Program-made: the position numbers and the translations under genes
In this document: in pieces, positions 1-9,784 of the stretch
Layout of the letters: each line of letters begins with the position of its first letter
Numbering within the stretch: position 1 is the stretch's first letter
Notes under the pieces: model-generated
The model's database searches: none
What the model was told of the DNA's origin: nothing
The model's input: the letters and a program-made list of their open reading frames with translations, nothing else
Assembly: GCA_963845565.1 (NCBI GenBank)
Contig: CAWJSJ010000002.1
Location: 1,504,001 to 1,568,000, forward strand
Direction: 5' to 3'
DNA from: an uncultured Methylomirabilota bacterium
GTDB lineage: Bacteria; Methylomirabilota; Methylomirabilia; Methylomirabilales; 2-02-FULL-66-22
DNA: 64,000 nucleotides

Positions 1-1
1 A

Positions 2-769
2 CGCTTCCCCTTTCCCGACCCAGCCGATCCGCACCGTCTCGCCGGGATCCTGCAGCCGATCCGGGTCGCCAGCGCCGCCCGGGACAAGGCCATCCTCCTG
101 AATGCCCCGACGGTCGGCATCTGGTGGCTGGCCTTCTACCTGCGCGGCCTCGAGCAGGCCATGGTGGACCTCGGCCTGCAGCCGGAGTTGACCGAGGCAT
201 TGGCCGAGCGGATCACCGACTGGTATGTCGCCATGTGGGATGTCGTCCTGGCCCAGGTGGGCGATTTCATCGATGTCGTCCAGATGGAAGGCGACCTGGG
301 CGACCAGCGGGGGCCGCTCTTTTCGCCCGAAATGTTCCGCCGGCTCTTCAAGCCCCGTTTCCGGCGGATCGCCGATGCCATCCGGCGCCGGACCAGCGCC
401 AAGCTCCTCCTGCACGCGTGCGGCTCCGTCGCTTGGGCCATCCCCGATCTCATCGACGTGGGGGTGGACATCCTGAATCCGGTGCAGGTGAACGCGGCGG
501 GAATGGAGACCGCCCGACTCAAGCGGGAATTCGGCCGCCACATCAGCTTCTGGGGCGGCGGATGCGACACCGGCATCCTTCAACACGGGTCGACCGCCGA
601 GGTACGGGATGAAGTCCGGCGCCGCCTGGCGGACCTGGGGCCCGGGGGCGGCTTCATCTTCGGCTCCATCCACAACATCCAGGTCAACGTGCCCCCGCCG
701 AACATCGTGGCCATGTTCGACACGGCGCGAGACGAGGGCCGCTACGGCGGCGGCCGGCCCGTCGGCTGA
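2..769 (+). CDS. Uroporphyrinogen decarboxylase (URO-D/MtaA-CmuA)-like family protein, 5'-truncated by the window edge
   Basis: Frame is open from base 2 (RFPFPDP...LRGLEQAMVDL). Family motifs GDLGDQRG, LHACGSV, GVDILNPVQ, FWGGGCD and GGGFIFGSIHNIQ are present. Confidence 0.85.
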   Translation, partial: RFPFPDPADPHRLAGILQPIRVASAARDKAILLNAPTVGIWWLAFYLRGLEQAMVDLGLQPELTEALAERITDWYVAMWDVVLAQVGDFIDVVQMEGDLGDQRGPLFSPEMFRRLFKPRFRRIADAIRRRTSAKLLLHACGSVAWAIPDLIDVGVDILNPVQVNAAGMETARLKREFGRHISFWGGGCDTGILQHGSTAEVRDEVRRRLADLGPGGGFIFGSIHNIQVNVPPPNIVAMFDTARDEGRYGGGRPVG

Positions 770-971
770 TCCGTTCGCCATGGCGCTCCACGGATCGGCT
801 GCCGCGCCGATATCCCCGCGCGCCCCGGAGGTGGCCCAGGGTCGATCTCCGGCCGAGCCGAGGCCCCTCATCCCTCTTTCCTGTTCACGCCCGCGTCCGG
901 GGCGCAAGATGCTCCCCGTCGTTCCGGGGGCATGGCCGATTACCTCACCTGAAGTGCTCGTCCGGGGTTGG

Positions 972-1046
972 CTCGAGCGCTAGGACGAGCCTCGCCTGGG
1001 GTGCGGGGCGGCTGGCACCCCGATGGGTGTGGGGCCCCCGAAAGCA
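972..1046. repeat. Repeat family B copy 1 (~75 bp, GC-rich, hairpin-forming)
   Basis: Collinear with 3972-4047: 56/69 identical positions plus a shared AAAGCA tail. Confidence 0.7.
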
Positions 1047-1198
1047 AACCCCTACCACCCACTCACCCTTCAGCGCTAACCCCAGTTACTCCTTGGGATT
1101 CCAAGGATGACAAGACCTGCTTCATCCTGCATCATAGGGATGTCGTTTGGGACCACCAAGCCCTGACCGCCGCGGGCACCTGAATCGGAGGAAGAGAC

Positions 1199-1693
1199 AT
1201 GACGCGCCGACAATTCTGCACGTGGATAGGAGGCGCCGCGACGGCCCTCGCTGGGTACCTATCAACCCGCGACGCCGCGCGAGCCGCCTCACCCCAGGCC
1301 ATCCCGTTCGAGATCACGAAGCCCGATGCCGAATGGAAGCGACTGCTGACGCCGGAGCAGTACGCCATATTGCGCCAACACGGCACGGAACGGGCAGGGA
1401 CCAGTTCCCTCAACAAGGAGCATCGCCGGGGGGTGTACGTCTGTGCGGGCTGCGATTTGCCCCTGTTCAAATCGGAGACGAAGTTCGAGAGCGGCACCGG
1501 ATGGCCCAGCTTCTGGACGCCGATCGAGCGGGCTGTCGGGACGACGGTCGACGAGAGCTTCTTCATGCGGCGCACCGAGGTGCACTGCCGCCGATGCGGC
1601 GGCCACCTGGGCCACGTCTTCGACGACGGGCCCAAACCCACGGGACTCCGCTACTGCATCAACGGCGTCGCCCTGAAGTTTGTCCCCGCCTGA
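1199..1693 (+). CDS. msrB: Peptide-methionine (R)-S-oxide reductase MsrB with a predicted Tat signal peptide
   Basis: Motifs GTERA, Cxx[25 protein letters not shown] and RYCING. N-terminus is TRRQF followed by a hydrophobic segment and AxA. SD GGAGG upstream. Confidence 0.95.
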   Translation: MTRRQFCTWIGGAATALAGYLSTRDAARAASPQAIPFEITKPDAEWKRLLTPEQYAILRQHGTERAGTSSLNKEHRRGVYVCAGCDLPLFKSETKFESGTGWPSFWTPIERAVGTTVDESFFMRRTEVHCRRCGGHLGHVFDDGPKPTGLRYCINGVALKFVPA

Positions 1694-2107
1694 CGTAGCT
1701 CGTTTGGATGGCCCGCCGTCTCCCAGCCCGCGCCGGGATCGCCTACTGTTCGGTTGCCGTCATCGGGGTCCACCCCACCGTGGTCTTTCAGGCGGTGCGG
1801 CGGATCGCCGTGTTGGGTCCCTACTCTCCAGTCCCTCCCGGCCAAGCCGTGTGTCCCGTTACCACTCGGGCTGAGCACCGATGCGGTACCGGTTGCCGCC
1901 CCTGGGTCCTGTCACTGCCTCGTCCGCCGCGTTTCCGCTTGACACTCCGCCCGCGTCTGGGGTATCCGCGATGGAGGACAGTGGGGCGGACGGCGGTCGG
2001 CATCACCGATTCGGACGCTATGCCAACCGGGTGTCCTTCGAAGCCTGGCGCCGAATGCTCCCTTGGATGGCTCGAGGCCTGACGCGCCATCAAGAAGCGG
2101 GGCCCGC

Positions 2108-2929
2108 ATGAGGTATGCAATCTGCAATTGGCTCTTTCGAGAAGCGGATTTTCGGCGATGCTGCGAGATGGTGGCCCGGAACGGCTTTCAGGGGCTGGAG
2201 ATTGCGCACTTCACACTGTGCGACGATCCGCATGCGGTAAGCGAGGCGACGCTCCACGAGGTCCGCCGGGCGCTGGAGGAGACCGGCCTCGCCTTCGTCG
2301 GGCTGCACGCGCTTCTCTTCCGGCCCGCCGATCTCCACATCACCTCGGCCGAAGTCGCCGTCAGGGCGCGCGCGCGGGATCATCTCCGGAGGCTGATCGA
2401 CATGGCCGGAGCGCTCGGCGGCGGCACGCTGGTCCTGGGCTCCCCCAGGCAGCGCAGGGCCGAGGGAATCCCGCCGGCGCGCGCGGTGGAATACCTGCGG
2501 GAATACCTGGCGGAACTGGGCCCCTACGCGACAGAGCGAAAGTCGTCCCTTCTGGTCGAGGCGCTTCCCCCGGCGGACACCAATGTGATCAACACCCTGG
2601 AAGAAGCGCGGAGCCTGATCCGCGCGGTCAACACGCCCGGTGTCGCCGGGATGTTCGACTTCCACAACACCAAGGCCGAGCGCCTTTCCTGGGCGGCGTT
2701 GATCGAGGAATACTTCGACATCATCCGGCACGTGCACTTGAATGCCGTCGATGGCAGTGTGCCGACGACGGACAATGCGGATTATGCACCGGCGTTCCGG
2801 ACATTGGCCGCACAGAAATACGCCGGATGGGTGTCGCTGGAGATCTTCCACCAGCCTGAAGATCCGGATACCGTGCTCGGGGCCACGAGACGGTTCCTGA
2901 CCGACATGGAAGCGCGGATTCGCGCTTAA
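2108..2929 (+). CDS. Sugar phosphate isomerase/epimerase (xylose-isomerase-like TIM barrel, D-psicose/tagatose 3-epimerase-like)
   Basis: Motifs GFQGLEIA, LGSPRQR, LLVEAL, FDFHN, HVHLN and GWVSLEIF. Confidence 0.85.
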   Translation: MRYAICNWLFREADFRRCCEMVARNGFQGLEIAHFTLCDDPHAVSEATLHEVRRALEETGLAFVGLHALLFRPADLHITSAEVAVRARARDHLRRLIDMAGALGGGTLVLGSPRQRRAEGIPPARAVEYLREYLAELGPYATERKSSLLVEALPPADTNVINTLEEARSLIRAVNTPGVAGMFDFHNTKAERLSWAALIEEYFDIIRHVHLNAVDGSVPTTDNADYAPAFRTLAAQKYAGWVSLEIFHQPEDPDTVLGATRRFLTDMEARIRA

Positions 2930-2959
2930 ACAGGGTGCTGAAACACTCGCCTTGTGTCG

Positions 2960-3110
2960 GGCTGCTCAAAAAGGTCCAGATGCAAGGCGGAGCGCAAAGG
3001 GCGGGTACCACCGCAGGTGGGTCAAGGCGTACTCCAGGTACGCCGCAGCGAGCGCCCGAGCGGGGGTACCCGTCCGAGGATGGGTCCCCGCAGGGCCTTT
3101 TTCAGCAGCC
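2960..3110. repeat. Repeat family A copy 1 (MITE/REP-like, terminal inverted repeats)
   Basis: GGCTGCTCAAAAAGG...CCTTTTTCAGCAGCC with a central GCGTAC-N5-GTACGC hairpin. Five copies in the window. Confidence 0.9.
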
Positions 3111-3134
3111 GGTGAAGGCGAGATGGGGGGCGGC

Positions 3135-3983
3135 ATGAAGCACAGCGCGTTCACGGTCTTGCTTCCCGATCGGGGCCTCGACGAGGTCTTTCAGCTCCTG
3201 AGCCAGCTAGGCTATGACGGGGTCGAGCTGCGCGTGAAGGAGGACTACCATGTGGCCCCGGATCAACTCCTGTCCTGTGTTGGCAAGCTGACGCTCCTGA
3301 TGGCGCGGACGGGGCTCGAGGTTCCCGTGCTGGGGACCTACCTGTTCGCGACCGACCTCGAGAAGCTGCTGCCTGTGTTCGAGGCGGCGGATCGGTTGGG
3401 CGCGAGGGGAATCAGGGTGTCGTTGGGGCCTCCTCTTGACGGCACGCGATCCTACTGGGAGGTGCTGGCGGAGGCCCAGCGATGCGTGGAGGCCTTGGTC
3501 AAGGCCATCCAGCCATTTCAGGCCAAGGCGCTCTTTGAGATCCATTTCCGGACGGCGATTGCGAGCCCGAGCATGGCCTATCTCCTGCTCAAGCCGTTCG
3601 ATCCGGCGCGCGTCGGCGTCATCTACGATCCCGCCAACATGATCATCGAGGGCAGGGAGGACTGGAGGCTCGGCCTGGACGTGATCGGGGACTACCTGGC
3701 CCACGTGCACGTCAAGAACACCGCCTGGTATCGGGAAAAGGGTTGGGCGTGGAGATGGGAGGAACTCGCCACAGGGATCGTGGACTGGGTAGAGATGATC
3801 CGGATTCTCTCGGCTCACGGCTACGCAGGGTATCTCTCGAATGAGAACCTGAGCGGGGTCGTCCTTCCGGGCGCCACCGGGTTCGTCGGTGAGACACTCT
3901 CGCAGGCGACAGGCCGGACCGCTCAGCCGATCGAGGCCAAGCTGCGCGACGATCTGCAGTACCTGAAAGGCCTCGAGCGCTAG
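3135..3983 (+). CDS. Sugar phosphate isomerase/epimerase family (AP endonuclease 2 TIM barrel)
   Basis: Motifs GYDGVELR, FEIH, YDPANM, HVHVKN and GYLSNE. The longer ORF upstream runs through repeat A and is probably spurious. Confidence 0.85.
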   Translation: MKHSAFTVLLPDRGLDEVFQLLSQLGYDGVELRVKEDYHVAPDQLLSCVGKLTLLMARTGLEVPVLGTYLFATDLEKLLPVFEAADRLGARGIRVSLGPPLDGTRSYWEVLAEAQRCVEALVKAIQPFQAKALFEIHFRTAIASPSMAYLLLKPFDPARVGVIYDPANMIIEGREDWRLGLDVIGDYLAHVHVKNTAWYREKGWAWRWEELATGIVDWVEMIRILSAHGYAGYLSNENLSGVVLPGATGFVGETLSQATGRTAQPIEAKLRDDLQYLKGLER

Positions 3984-4047
3984 GCCGAGTCCCGCCGGGG
4001 GTGCGGCGCGGCGGCCGGCCCAATAGTTGCGGGGCCCCCGGAAAGCA
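3972..4047. repeat. Repeat family B copy 2, overlapping the stop codon of the upstream epimerase
   Basis: About 80% identical to 972-1046. Confidence 0.7.
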
Positions 4048-4207
4048 GCGTGCTGTCATCCGCTTGCCGAGCCGCCCAGTGCTTCCGCACGCCCTGTCCG
4101 TCCAGGTTAATCCGCTTTTTCGTTATAATGTGGTGTGCTAACATCCCTCGTCATTCGATAGGGTTCTCATCGTGACTCGTCCGGACCCGCGGAGATGGAG
4201 GTCGCCC

Positions 4208-5629
4208 ATGGCGTTGACCAAGATCGCTTCCCCTCCTAAGCCCCAGGATGTCTGCGCCATTGTGATGGCTGCCGGCCAGGGGACACGGATGCGTTCCGAT
4301 CTCCCCAAGATGCTCCACTCGCTGGGCGGTCTGCCCATGGTGGGTCACGTCCTGGAGTTGTGTCGCCGCCTGGGCGTCAAGCGGACGCTGGTCGTGATCG
4401 GCCATCAGGCGGACCGGGTCCGCGAGGCACTGGCGGTCTACCCGGTGGAGTTCATCCTGCAAGCGGAACAGCGCGGGACCGCCCACGCCGTGCTCCAGGC
4501 GGAGGAGGCCCTGCAGGGGGTGACCGGAGAGGTCCTGGTGCTGAACGGGGACGTGCCCCTGCTGTCCGACGAGCTGGTGGAGCGCCTGCTCGCCACCCAC
4601 GCCAAGGCGCGCGCGGTCGCCACCGTGGTCACCACCCGCCTCGCCAACCCCACGGGGTACGGCCGGGTTCTCCGGGACTCGCGCGGCGCGTTCCGGGGCA
4701 TCGTCGAGGAAGTGGAGGCGACGGCTGCCCAGCGGCGAGTGCAGGAGATCAACACCGGCATCTACTGTTTCAGCCTGCCCCGCGTATTTGCCGCGCTCCA
4801 CAGGGTCCGGCCGTCGGCCGTCAAGGGAGAGTTGTACCTCCCCGAGGTCCTGCCCATCCTGATGAAGGCGCGCGGCCGGATCGCCACGGTTCTGGCCGAG
4901 GACTCCCGAGAGGTGCTCGGGATCAACACCCGGGCCGAGCTGGCGGAGGCCTACGGCATCCAGCGCCGACGGGTCGTGGAGCGGCTGATGGAGTCGGGGG
5001 TCACCTGCCTCGATCCCGCCACGACGCACGTGTCGGTGCTGGCGGCGGTGGGCCGCGACACGGTCCTGTACCCCCAGGTGCAGCTCGAAGGGCGCACACG
5101 CATCGGGGAGGGGTGCACCGTACACGCCGGGTGCCGGATCCGGGACTCCGAGATCGGCAACCGGGCGACGGTGCTTGACGGGTGCGTGATCCTGGAGGCC
5201 GAGATCGCCGACGAATGCGCCATCGGGCCGTACGCCCACCTCCGACCCGGCAACCGGATCCGGCGCAAGGTGAAGATCGGGAATTTCGTGGAGGTCAAGA
5301 AATCGGTGGTCGGTGAAGGCTCCAAGGTTCCACACCTGACCTACCTGGGGGACAGCACGGTCGGGGAGCGCGTGAACGTCGGTGCCGGAACGATCACCTG
5401 TAATTACGACGGGTTCGGCAAACACCAGACGATCATCGAGGACGAGGCCTTCATCGGCTCCAACTCCTGCTTGGTGGCCCCGGCTCGGATCGGACGCGGG
5501 GCATACGTGGCCGCCGGCTCCACGATCACCCAGGAGGTCCCGCCGGATGCCCTGGCATTCGGCCGGGCGCAGCAGGTCAACAAGGAGGGCCGGGCGGCCG
5601 CCATCCGGGCGGCCAAGGCCAAGAAGTGA
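4208..5629 (+). CDS. glmU: Bifunctional UDP-GlcNAc pyrophosphorylase / glucosamine-1-phosphate N-acetyltransferase
   Basis: Motifs MAAGQGTRMRSDLPKMLH, GYGRV, hexapeptide repeats, GNFVEVKKS, HLTYLGD and GAGTITCNYDG. GGAGG SD; TATAAT at 4124-4129. Confidence 0.97.
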   Translation: MALTKIASPPKPQDVCAIVMAAGQGTRMRSDLPKMLHSLGGLPMVGHVLELCRRLGVKRTLVVIGHQADRVREALAVYPVEFILQAEQRGTAHAVLQAEEALQGVTGEVLVLNGDVPLLSDELVERLLATHAKARAVATVVTTRLANPTGYGRVLRDSRGAFRGIVEEVEATAAQRRVQEINTGIYCFSLPRVFAALHRVRPSAVKGELYLPEVLPILMKARGRIATVLAEDSREVLGINTRAELAEAYGIQRRRVVERLMESGVTCLDPATTHVSVLAAVGRDTVLYPQVQLEGRTRIGEGCTVHAGCRIRDSEIGNRATVLDGCVILEAEIADECAIGPYAHLRPGNRIRRKVKIGNFVEVKKSVVGEGSKVPHLTYLGDSTVGERVNVGAGTITCNYDGFGKHQTIIEDEAFIGSNSCLVAPARIGRGAYVAAGSTITQEVPPDALAFGRAQQVNKEGRAAAIRAAKAKK

Positions 5630-6660
5630 CCGCCGACCCCTCTGCGGCCGTCCCGCGGATCGTGGCGCTGGGCGGCCGCTCGGGACCCTCGCTGATTGTC
5701 GAGGGCTTCCAGGGCGCCGGTTGGGACGTTACGGCCTTGGTCGTGACGACCGACTGCGGCAGCAGCAGCGGCGTCATCCGCGACCAGTTCGGCGTGCCCG
5801 CGCCCGGCGACATCCGGGCGGTGCTGACCGCCGCCTCGGGGCCGTCGCCGGAGCTGCGGGTCCTGGCGGACCTGTTCGAGTTTCGATTCCACCCCCTGCA
5901 GGATTCCGCTCTGCGCAACATGGCGCTCGGCAACCTGATCCTCACCGCCTACGCCAAGGTGCTCGGGGACTTCGAGCAGGCCGTGGAGGCGGCGGCGCGA
6001 GTGCTGCATTGCTGGGCGCGGGTGCTGCCCGTCCCCTCGTCGCCGGCGACGTTATGCGCCCGCCTCGCCGACGACTCGGTGGTGCGAGGCGAGGTGAACG
6101 TGCGCGCCACCGGGAAGCCTCCCGTCGCGACGGTCTTTCTGGAGCCCAATGACGCCCGGGTCTCGGAAGCGTGCCTGCAGGCGATTCAGGAAGCGGACCT
6201 GGTGGTGCTCGGCCCCGGCGGGTTGTACTGCAGTGTGCTGGCGAGCCTCCTGCCCCTGCCCATCCGGCATGCCATCCGGGGCCGCCGGGGCAAGACGGCC
6301 TACGTCTGCAACACCACGACCCAGCCGGGTCAAACCGACGGTTTCGACGCGACTACCCACGTCCGGGAGATCCTGCGCTACCTGGGGGAGGGGCACCTGG
6401 ATTACGTGCTGCTGAATATCGAGATCCCCTCGCCGGACATGGTCGCGGCCTACGGCGCGGACCAGGTGCACTTCATGCCGGTGACGCCGGAGGAGATCCG
6501 GCGGGTGAAGGCCCTGGGTCCGATGCCGGTGGTGGGGGACTTCGTGGAGGACGACTGGCGCGGGAAGCGGTCGCTCCACAAGCTGGACACCATCCGCCAC
6601 GATCCCCGGAAGGTGGCCACCGCACTGAAGAACTTGGTTGCGAGCGGCGGGCGGGAATAG
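5626..6660 (+). CDS. YvcK/GlmR (CofD-like UPF0052) family protein, divergent
   Basis: Motifs DxGx[41 protein letters not shown]...QPGQTDGF and IRHDP. GTGA overlap with the glmU stop. Confidence 0.85.
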   Translation: MTADPSAAVPRIVALGGRSGPSLIVEGFQGAGWDVTALVVTTDCGSSSGVIRDQFGVPAPGDIRAVLTAASGPSPELRVLADLFEFRFHPLQDSALRNMALGNLILTAYAKVLGDFEQAVEAAARVLHCWARVLPVPSSPATLCARLADDSVVRGEVNVRATGKPPVATVFLEPNDARVSEACLQAIQEADLVVLGPGGLYCSVLASLLPLPIRHAIRGRRGKTAYVCNTTTQPGQTDGFDATTHVREILRYLGEGHLDYVLLNIEIPSPDMVAAYGADQVHFMPVTPEEIRRVKALGPMPVVGDFVEDDWRGKRSLHKLDTIRHDPRKVATALKNLVASGGRE

Positions 6661-6749
6661 GCAGGGCGACAGCGACAGCGATCTCTGACAGCGGCGGACG
6701 GACCCTTGCCCTGTCGGATTTCCCTGTCGGTTTTCAGGGGAGGAGGCCG

Positions 6750-7745
6750 ATGCGATATCGGAGGTTCGGGGCCACCGATCTCCAGGCGTCCGAAGTCGGT
6801 TTCGGCGTCTGGACGGTGGGCACCACCATGTGGGGGATCACGGACGAGGCGGTGGGCATCCGCCTGTTGCGGCGGGCGCTGGACCTCGGGGTGACTTTCT
6901 ACGACACGGCGGACGTGTATGGGGATGGCCTCGGGGAGACGATCCTGGCGAAGGCCTTCGAGGGGAAACGCGACCAGGTCGTCTACTCCACGAAGTTCGG
7001 CTACGACTTCTACAAGCATCCCGGTGTGCAGCCGGGCCAGCGCGAGCGGCCCCAGGACTGGACGCCGGCCTACCTGCGGCAGGCCTGCGAGGCGAGCCTG
7101 CGCCGCCTGGCGACGGATCGGATCGACCTGTACCAGCTCCACAATCCGCGGATCGACACGCTTCGGCGCGATGACCTGTTTGCAGAGCTGGACCGGCTGA
7201 AGGCCGAGGGGAAGATTCGACACTACGGCGCGACGCTGGGGCCGGCCATCGACCTGCGGCAAGCGGACGAGGGGCAGTGCTGCGTGACCGAGCGGCGGAT
7301 GACCACCCAGATCATCTACAATCTGCTGGAGCAGCAGATCGGTGCGCCGTTGATCCCGGTGGCCAAGACGCACGGCGTGGGGCTCATGGTGCGCGTGCCC
7401 CACTCGTCCGGCCTGCTGGAGGGCCGCTACACGCAGGAGACGACGTTCGGGAAGGACGATCACCGGTTCTTCCGGGTGAGCAGCGACGAGCGAAAAAAGG
7501 CCTGGCTGGACGCGGGCCTGAAGAAGGTGGAGCGGCTCCGCTTCCTGATCGACGGGACCGGGCGCACGATCGCCCAGGCAGCCATCCGGTGGATCCTGGC
7601 GGAGCCCTGTTTTGCCTCTGTCTTGCCCAACATCTATTCCGAGGAGCAACTGCAGGAGTTCGCCGCGGCCTCGGAGGTGCCCGACCTGACGCCGGAGGAA
7701 TTGCGCAAGGTGAGCGATCTGTACGCCAGGAATTTCGACCTCTAG
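6750..7745 (+). CDS. Aldo/keto reductase
   Basis: Motifs [36 protein letters not shown] and YNLLEQ. AGGAGG SD. Confidence 0.92.
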   Translation: MRYRRFGATDLQASEVGFGVWTVGTTMWGITDEAVGIRLLRRALDLGVTFYDTADVYGDGLGETILAKAFEGKRDQVVYSTKFGYDFYKHPGVQPGQRERPQDWTPAYLRQACEASLRRLATDRIDLYQLHNPRIDTLRRDDLFAELDRLKAEGKIRHYGATLGPAIDLRQADEGQCCVTERRMTTQIIYNLLEQQIGAPLIPVAKTHGVGLMVRVPHSSGLLEGRYTQETTFGKDDHRFFRVSSDERKKAWLDAGLKKVERLRFLIDGTGRTIAQAAIRWILAEPCFASVLPNIYSEEQLQEFAAASEVPDLTPEELRKVSDLYARNFDL

Positions 7746-7786
7746 CCGGCCTCCGTATAGACAGGGGTAGCGGCGGCGGAACGGGC

Positions 7787-7884
7787 GTTCGCCGGTTCGG
7801 CCGGACGGCTGTTCAGTGGAACCGCCGAACTGCCGAACTGCCGAACCGGCGTGTCGTCGAACCTCGAACCCTGAACGTCGAACA
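7787..7884. repeat. Mosaic short tandem repeats (8-mer GAAC(C/T)GCC and 7-mer TCGAACC-like)
   Basis: gaaccgcc-gaactgcc-gaactgcc-gaaccggc at 7819-7850, preceded by inverted GTTC units; tcgaacc-tcgaacc-ctgaacg-tcgaaca at 7857-7884. Confidence 0.7.
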
Positions 7885-7899
7885 CAAGGACGGTCATCC

Positions 7900-9735
7900 A
7901 TGTGCGGAATCGTCGGGTACATCGGAGACAAGAAGGTCGTACCGATCTTGCTGGACGGGTTGAAGCGACTGGAGTACCGGGGCTACGATTCCGCCGGGCT
8001 GGCCGTGCTGGAGCAGGGGCGGATGGTGGTCCACCGGTCGGTGGGCAAGATCAAGGAGCTGGAGAACGCCGTCTGGGGCGCCAACCTGGTCGGGACGGTC
8101 GGTCTCGGACATACCCGCTGGGCGACCCACGGGCGGCCCACCGAGGAGAACGCCCACCCGCACACGGACTGCACCGGCGACCTGGTCGTGGTCCACAACG
8201 GGATCATCGAGAACTATCTCGGCCTCAAGGAGAAACTGATCGCGGAGGGGCACCGCTTCCGCTCCGAGACGGACACCGAGGTCATCGCCCACCTGATCGA
8301 GAAATACCTTGCCGAGAAGCCGGACATCGAGGTGGCGGTGCGCCGCGCGCTCAACGACCTCCGGGGCGCCTACGCCATCGGCGTCCTGTGGAAAGGCGAC
8401 CCCAGCCGGATCGTGGGGGCGAAGTGCGAGAGCCCCCTGGTGGTCGGGCTGGGGGACGGGGATTTCTTTTTCGCGTCCGACATCCCGGCCATCCTCAGCC
8501 ACACCCGGAACGTGCTGTTTCTGAATGACGGAGAGATGGTGGTTCTCACGAAGGAGGGAGTGGAGATCACCACGCTGGCGGGGGAGCCGGTCCAGCGGGC
8601 CGTCGAGACGGTGCGGTGGAGCCCGATCCTGGCGGAGAAAGGCGGCTACAAGCATTTCATGCTGAAGGAGATCTACGAGCAGCCGCGCGCCGTGCGGGAC
8701 ACGATCCGCGGTCGGTTCTCGGAGGATTCGGGGCAGATCTTCTTCGAGGGGATGGACGCACTGGACGAAGCCCTGCCGGAGGTGCGCAAGGTGGTCCTGA
8801 TCGCCTGCGGCACGGCCTGGCATGCGGCCCTGATCGGGAAGTTCATGATCGAGGAGCTGTGCCGGATCCCGGTGGAGGTGGATTACAGCTCGGAGTTCCG
8901 CTACCGCGACCCCGTCGTCGACGACGGCACGCTGGTCATGGCCATCAGCCAGTCGGGGGAGACGCTGGACACGCTGGCCGGCATCAAGGCGGCGCGGGCT
9001 TCCGGATGCCGCACCTTTGCCGTCTGCAACGTGGTCGGCAGCTCGCTCACGCGCGAGGTGGACGGGGTCCTGTACACCCATGCCGGCCCCGAGATCGGCG
9101 TCGCCGCCAGCAAGACCTTCACCTCCCAGGTGGTGGCCCTGTACCTCTTCGCGCTCTACTGCGGGCGCAAGCGAGGCACCCTCGATGCGGAGCGGGTGCG
9201 CAAGCTCCTCGGGGACCTGGTGCGGCTGCCCCAGCAGATCGAGACGGTGCTTCACCTGGACGCGGAGCTGGAGCGGTTGGCGCACCGGTTCCACGCCAAG
9301 ACCGACTTTCTCTACCTGGCGCGCGGAATCAACTACCCGATCGCGCTGGAGGGGGCGCTCAAGCTGAAGGAGATCTCCTACATCCACGCCGAGGGTTATC
9401 CCGCCGGCGAGATGAAGCACGGTCCCATCGCGCTCATCACCGAGGAGATGCCGGTGGTGATCCTGGCGCCGCAGGACCGGGTCTACGAGAAGATCCTGGG
9501 AAACATCCAGGAGGTCAAGGCGCGCGACGGCATCGTGATCGCGGTCTGCTCGGAGGGGGATACGGAACTGCCCCGCAAGGCCGACCATTGCCTGGCCGTG
9601 CCCGTCACCTCGCACCTGCTCACGCCGGTGCTCCTGACCATTCCCATGCAGCTCCTGGCCTACCACGTGGCCGTGCGCAGAGGCTGCGACGTGGACCAGC
9701 CCCGCAACCTCGCCAAGAGCGTGACGGTGGAATAA
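7900..9735 (+). CDS. glmS: Glutamine--fructose-6-phosphate transaminase (isomerizing)
   Basis: MCGIVG start, LEYRGYDSAG, GHTRWATHG, SQSGET and C-terminal DQPRNLAKSVTVE. Confidence 0.98.
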   Translation: MCGIVGYIGDKKVVPILLDGLKRLEYRGYDSAGLAVLEQGRMVVHRSVGKIKELENAVWGANLVGTVGLGHTRWATHGRPTEENAHPHTDCTGDLVVVHNGIIENYLGLKEKLIAEGHRFRSETDTEVIAHLIEKYLAEKPDIEVAVRRALNDLRGAYAIGVLWKGDPSRIVGAKCESPLVVGLGDGDFFFASDIPAILSHTRNVLFLNDGEMVVLTKEGVEITTLAGEPVQRAVETVRWSPILAEKGGYKHFMLKEIYEQPRAVRDTIRGRFSEDSGQIFFEGMDALDEALPEVRKVVLIACGTAWHAALIGKFMIEELCRIPVEVDYSSEFRYRDPVVDDGTLVMAISQSGETLDTLAGIKAARASGCRTFAVCNVVGSSLTREVDGVLYTHAGPEIGVAASKTFTSQVVALYLFALYCGRKRGTLDAERVRKLLGDLVRLPQQIETVLHLDAELERLAHRFHAKTDFLYLARGINYPIALEGALKLKEISYIHAEGYPAGEMKHGPIALITEEMPVVILAPQDRVYEKILGNIQEVKARDGIVIAVCSEGDTELPRKADHCLAVPVTSHLLTPVLLTIPMQLLAYHVAVRRGCDVDQPRNLAKSVTVE

Positions 9736-9784
9736 GCGGACGCCGACCTTACACACCCGGAGCACGCCAGGAAAGGAACCGCCA

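Noticed and set aside
1199..1693. Selenoprotein MsrB
   Set aside because: The catalytic residue is an ordinary Cys (RYCING) and there is no in-frame TGA.
2935..3138. Short ORFs containing LLKKVQMQGG (also 11635-11886 and from 29534)
   Set aside because: These are translations of repeat family A, not genes.
7746..7899. glmS ribozyme upstream of glmS
   Set aside because: The region consists of short tandem repeats; no recognisable ribozyme core.
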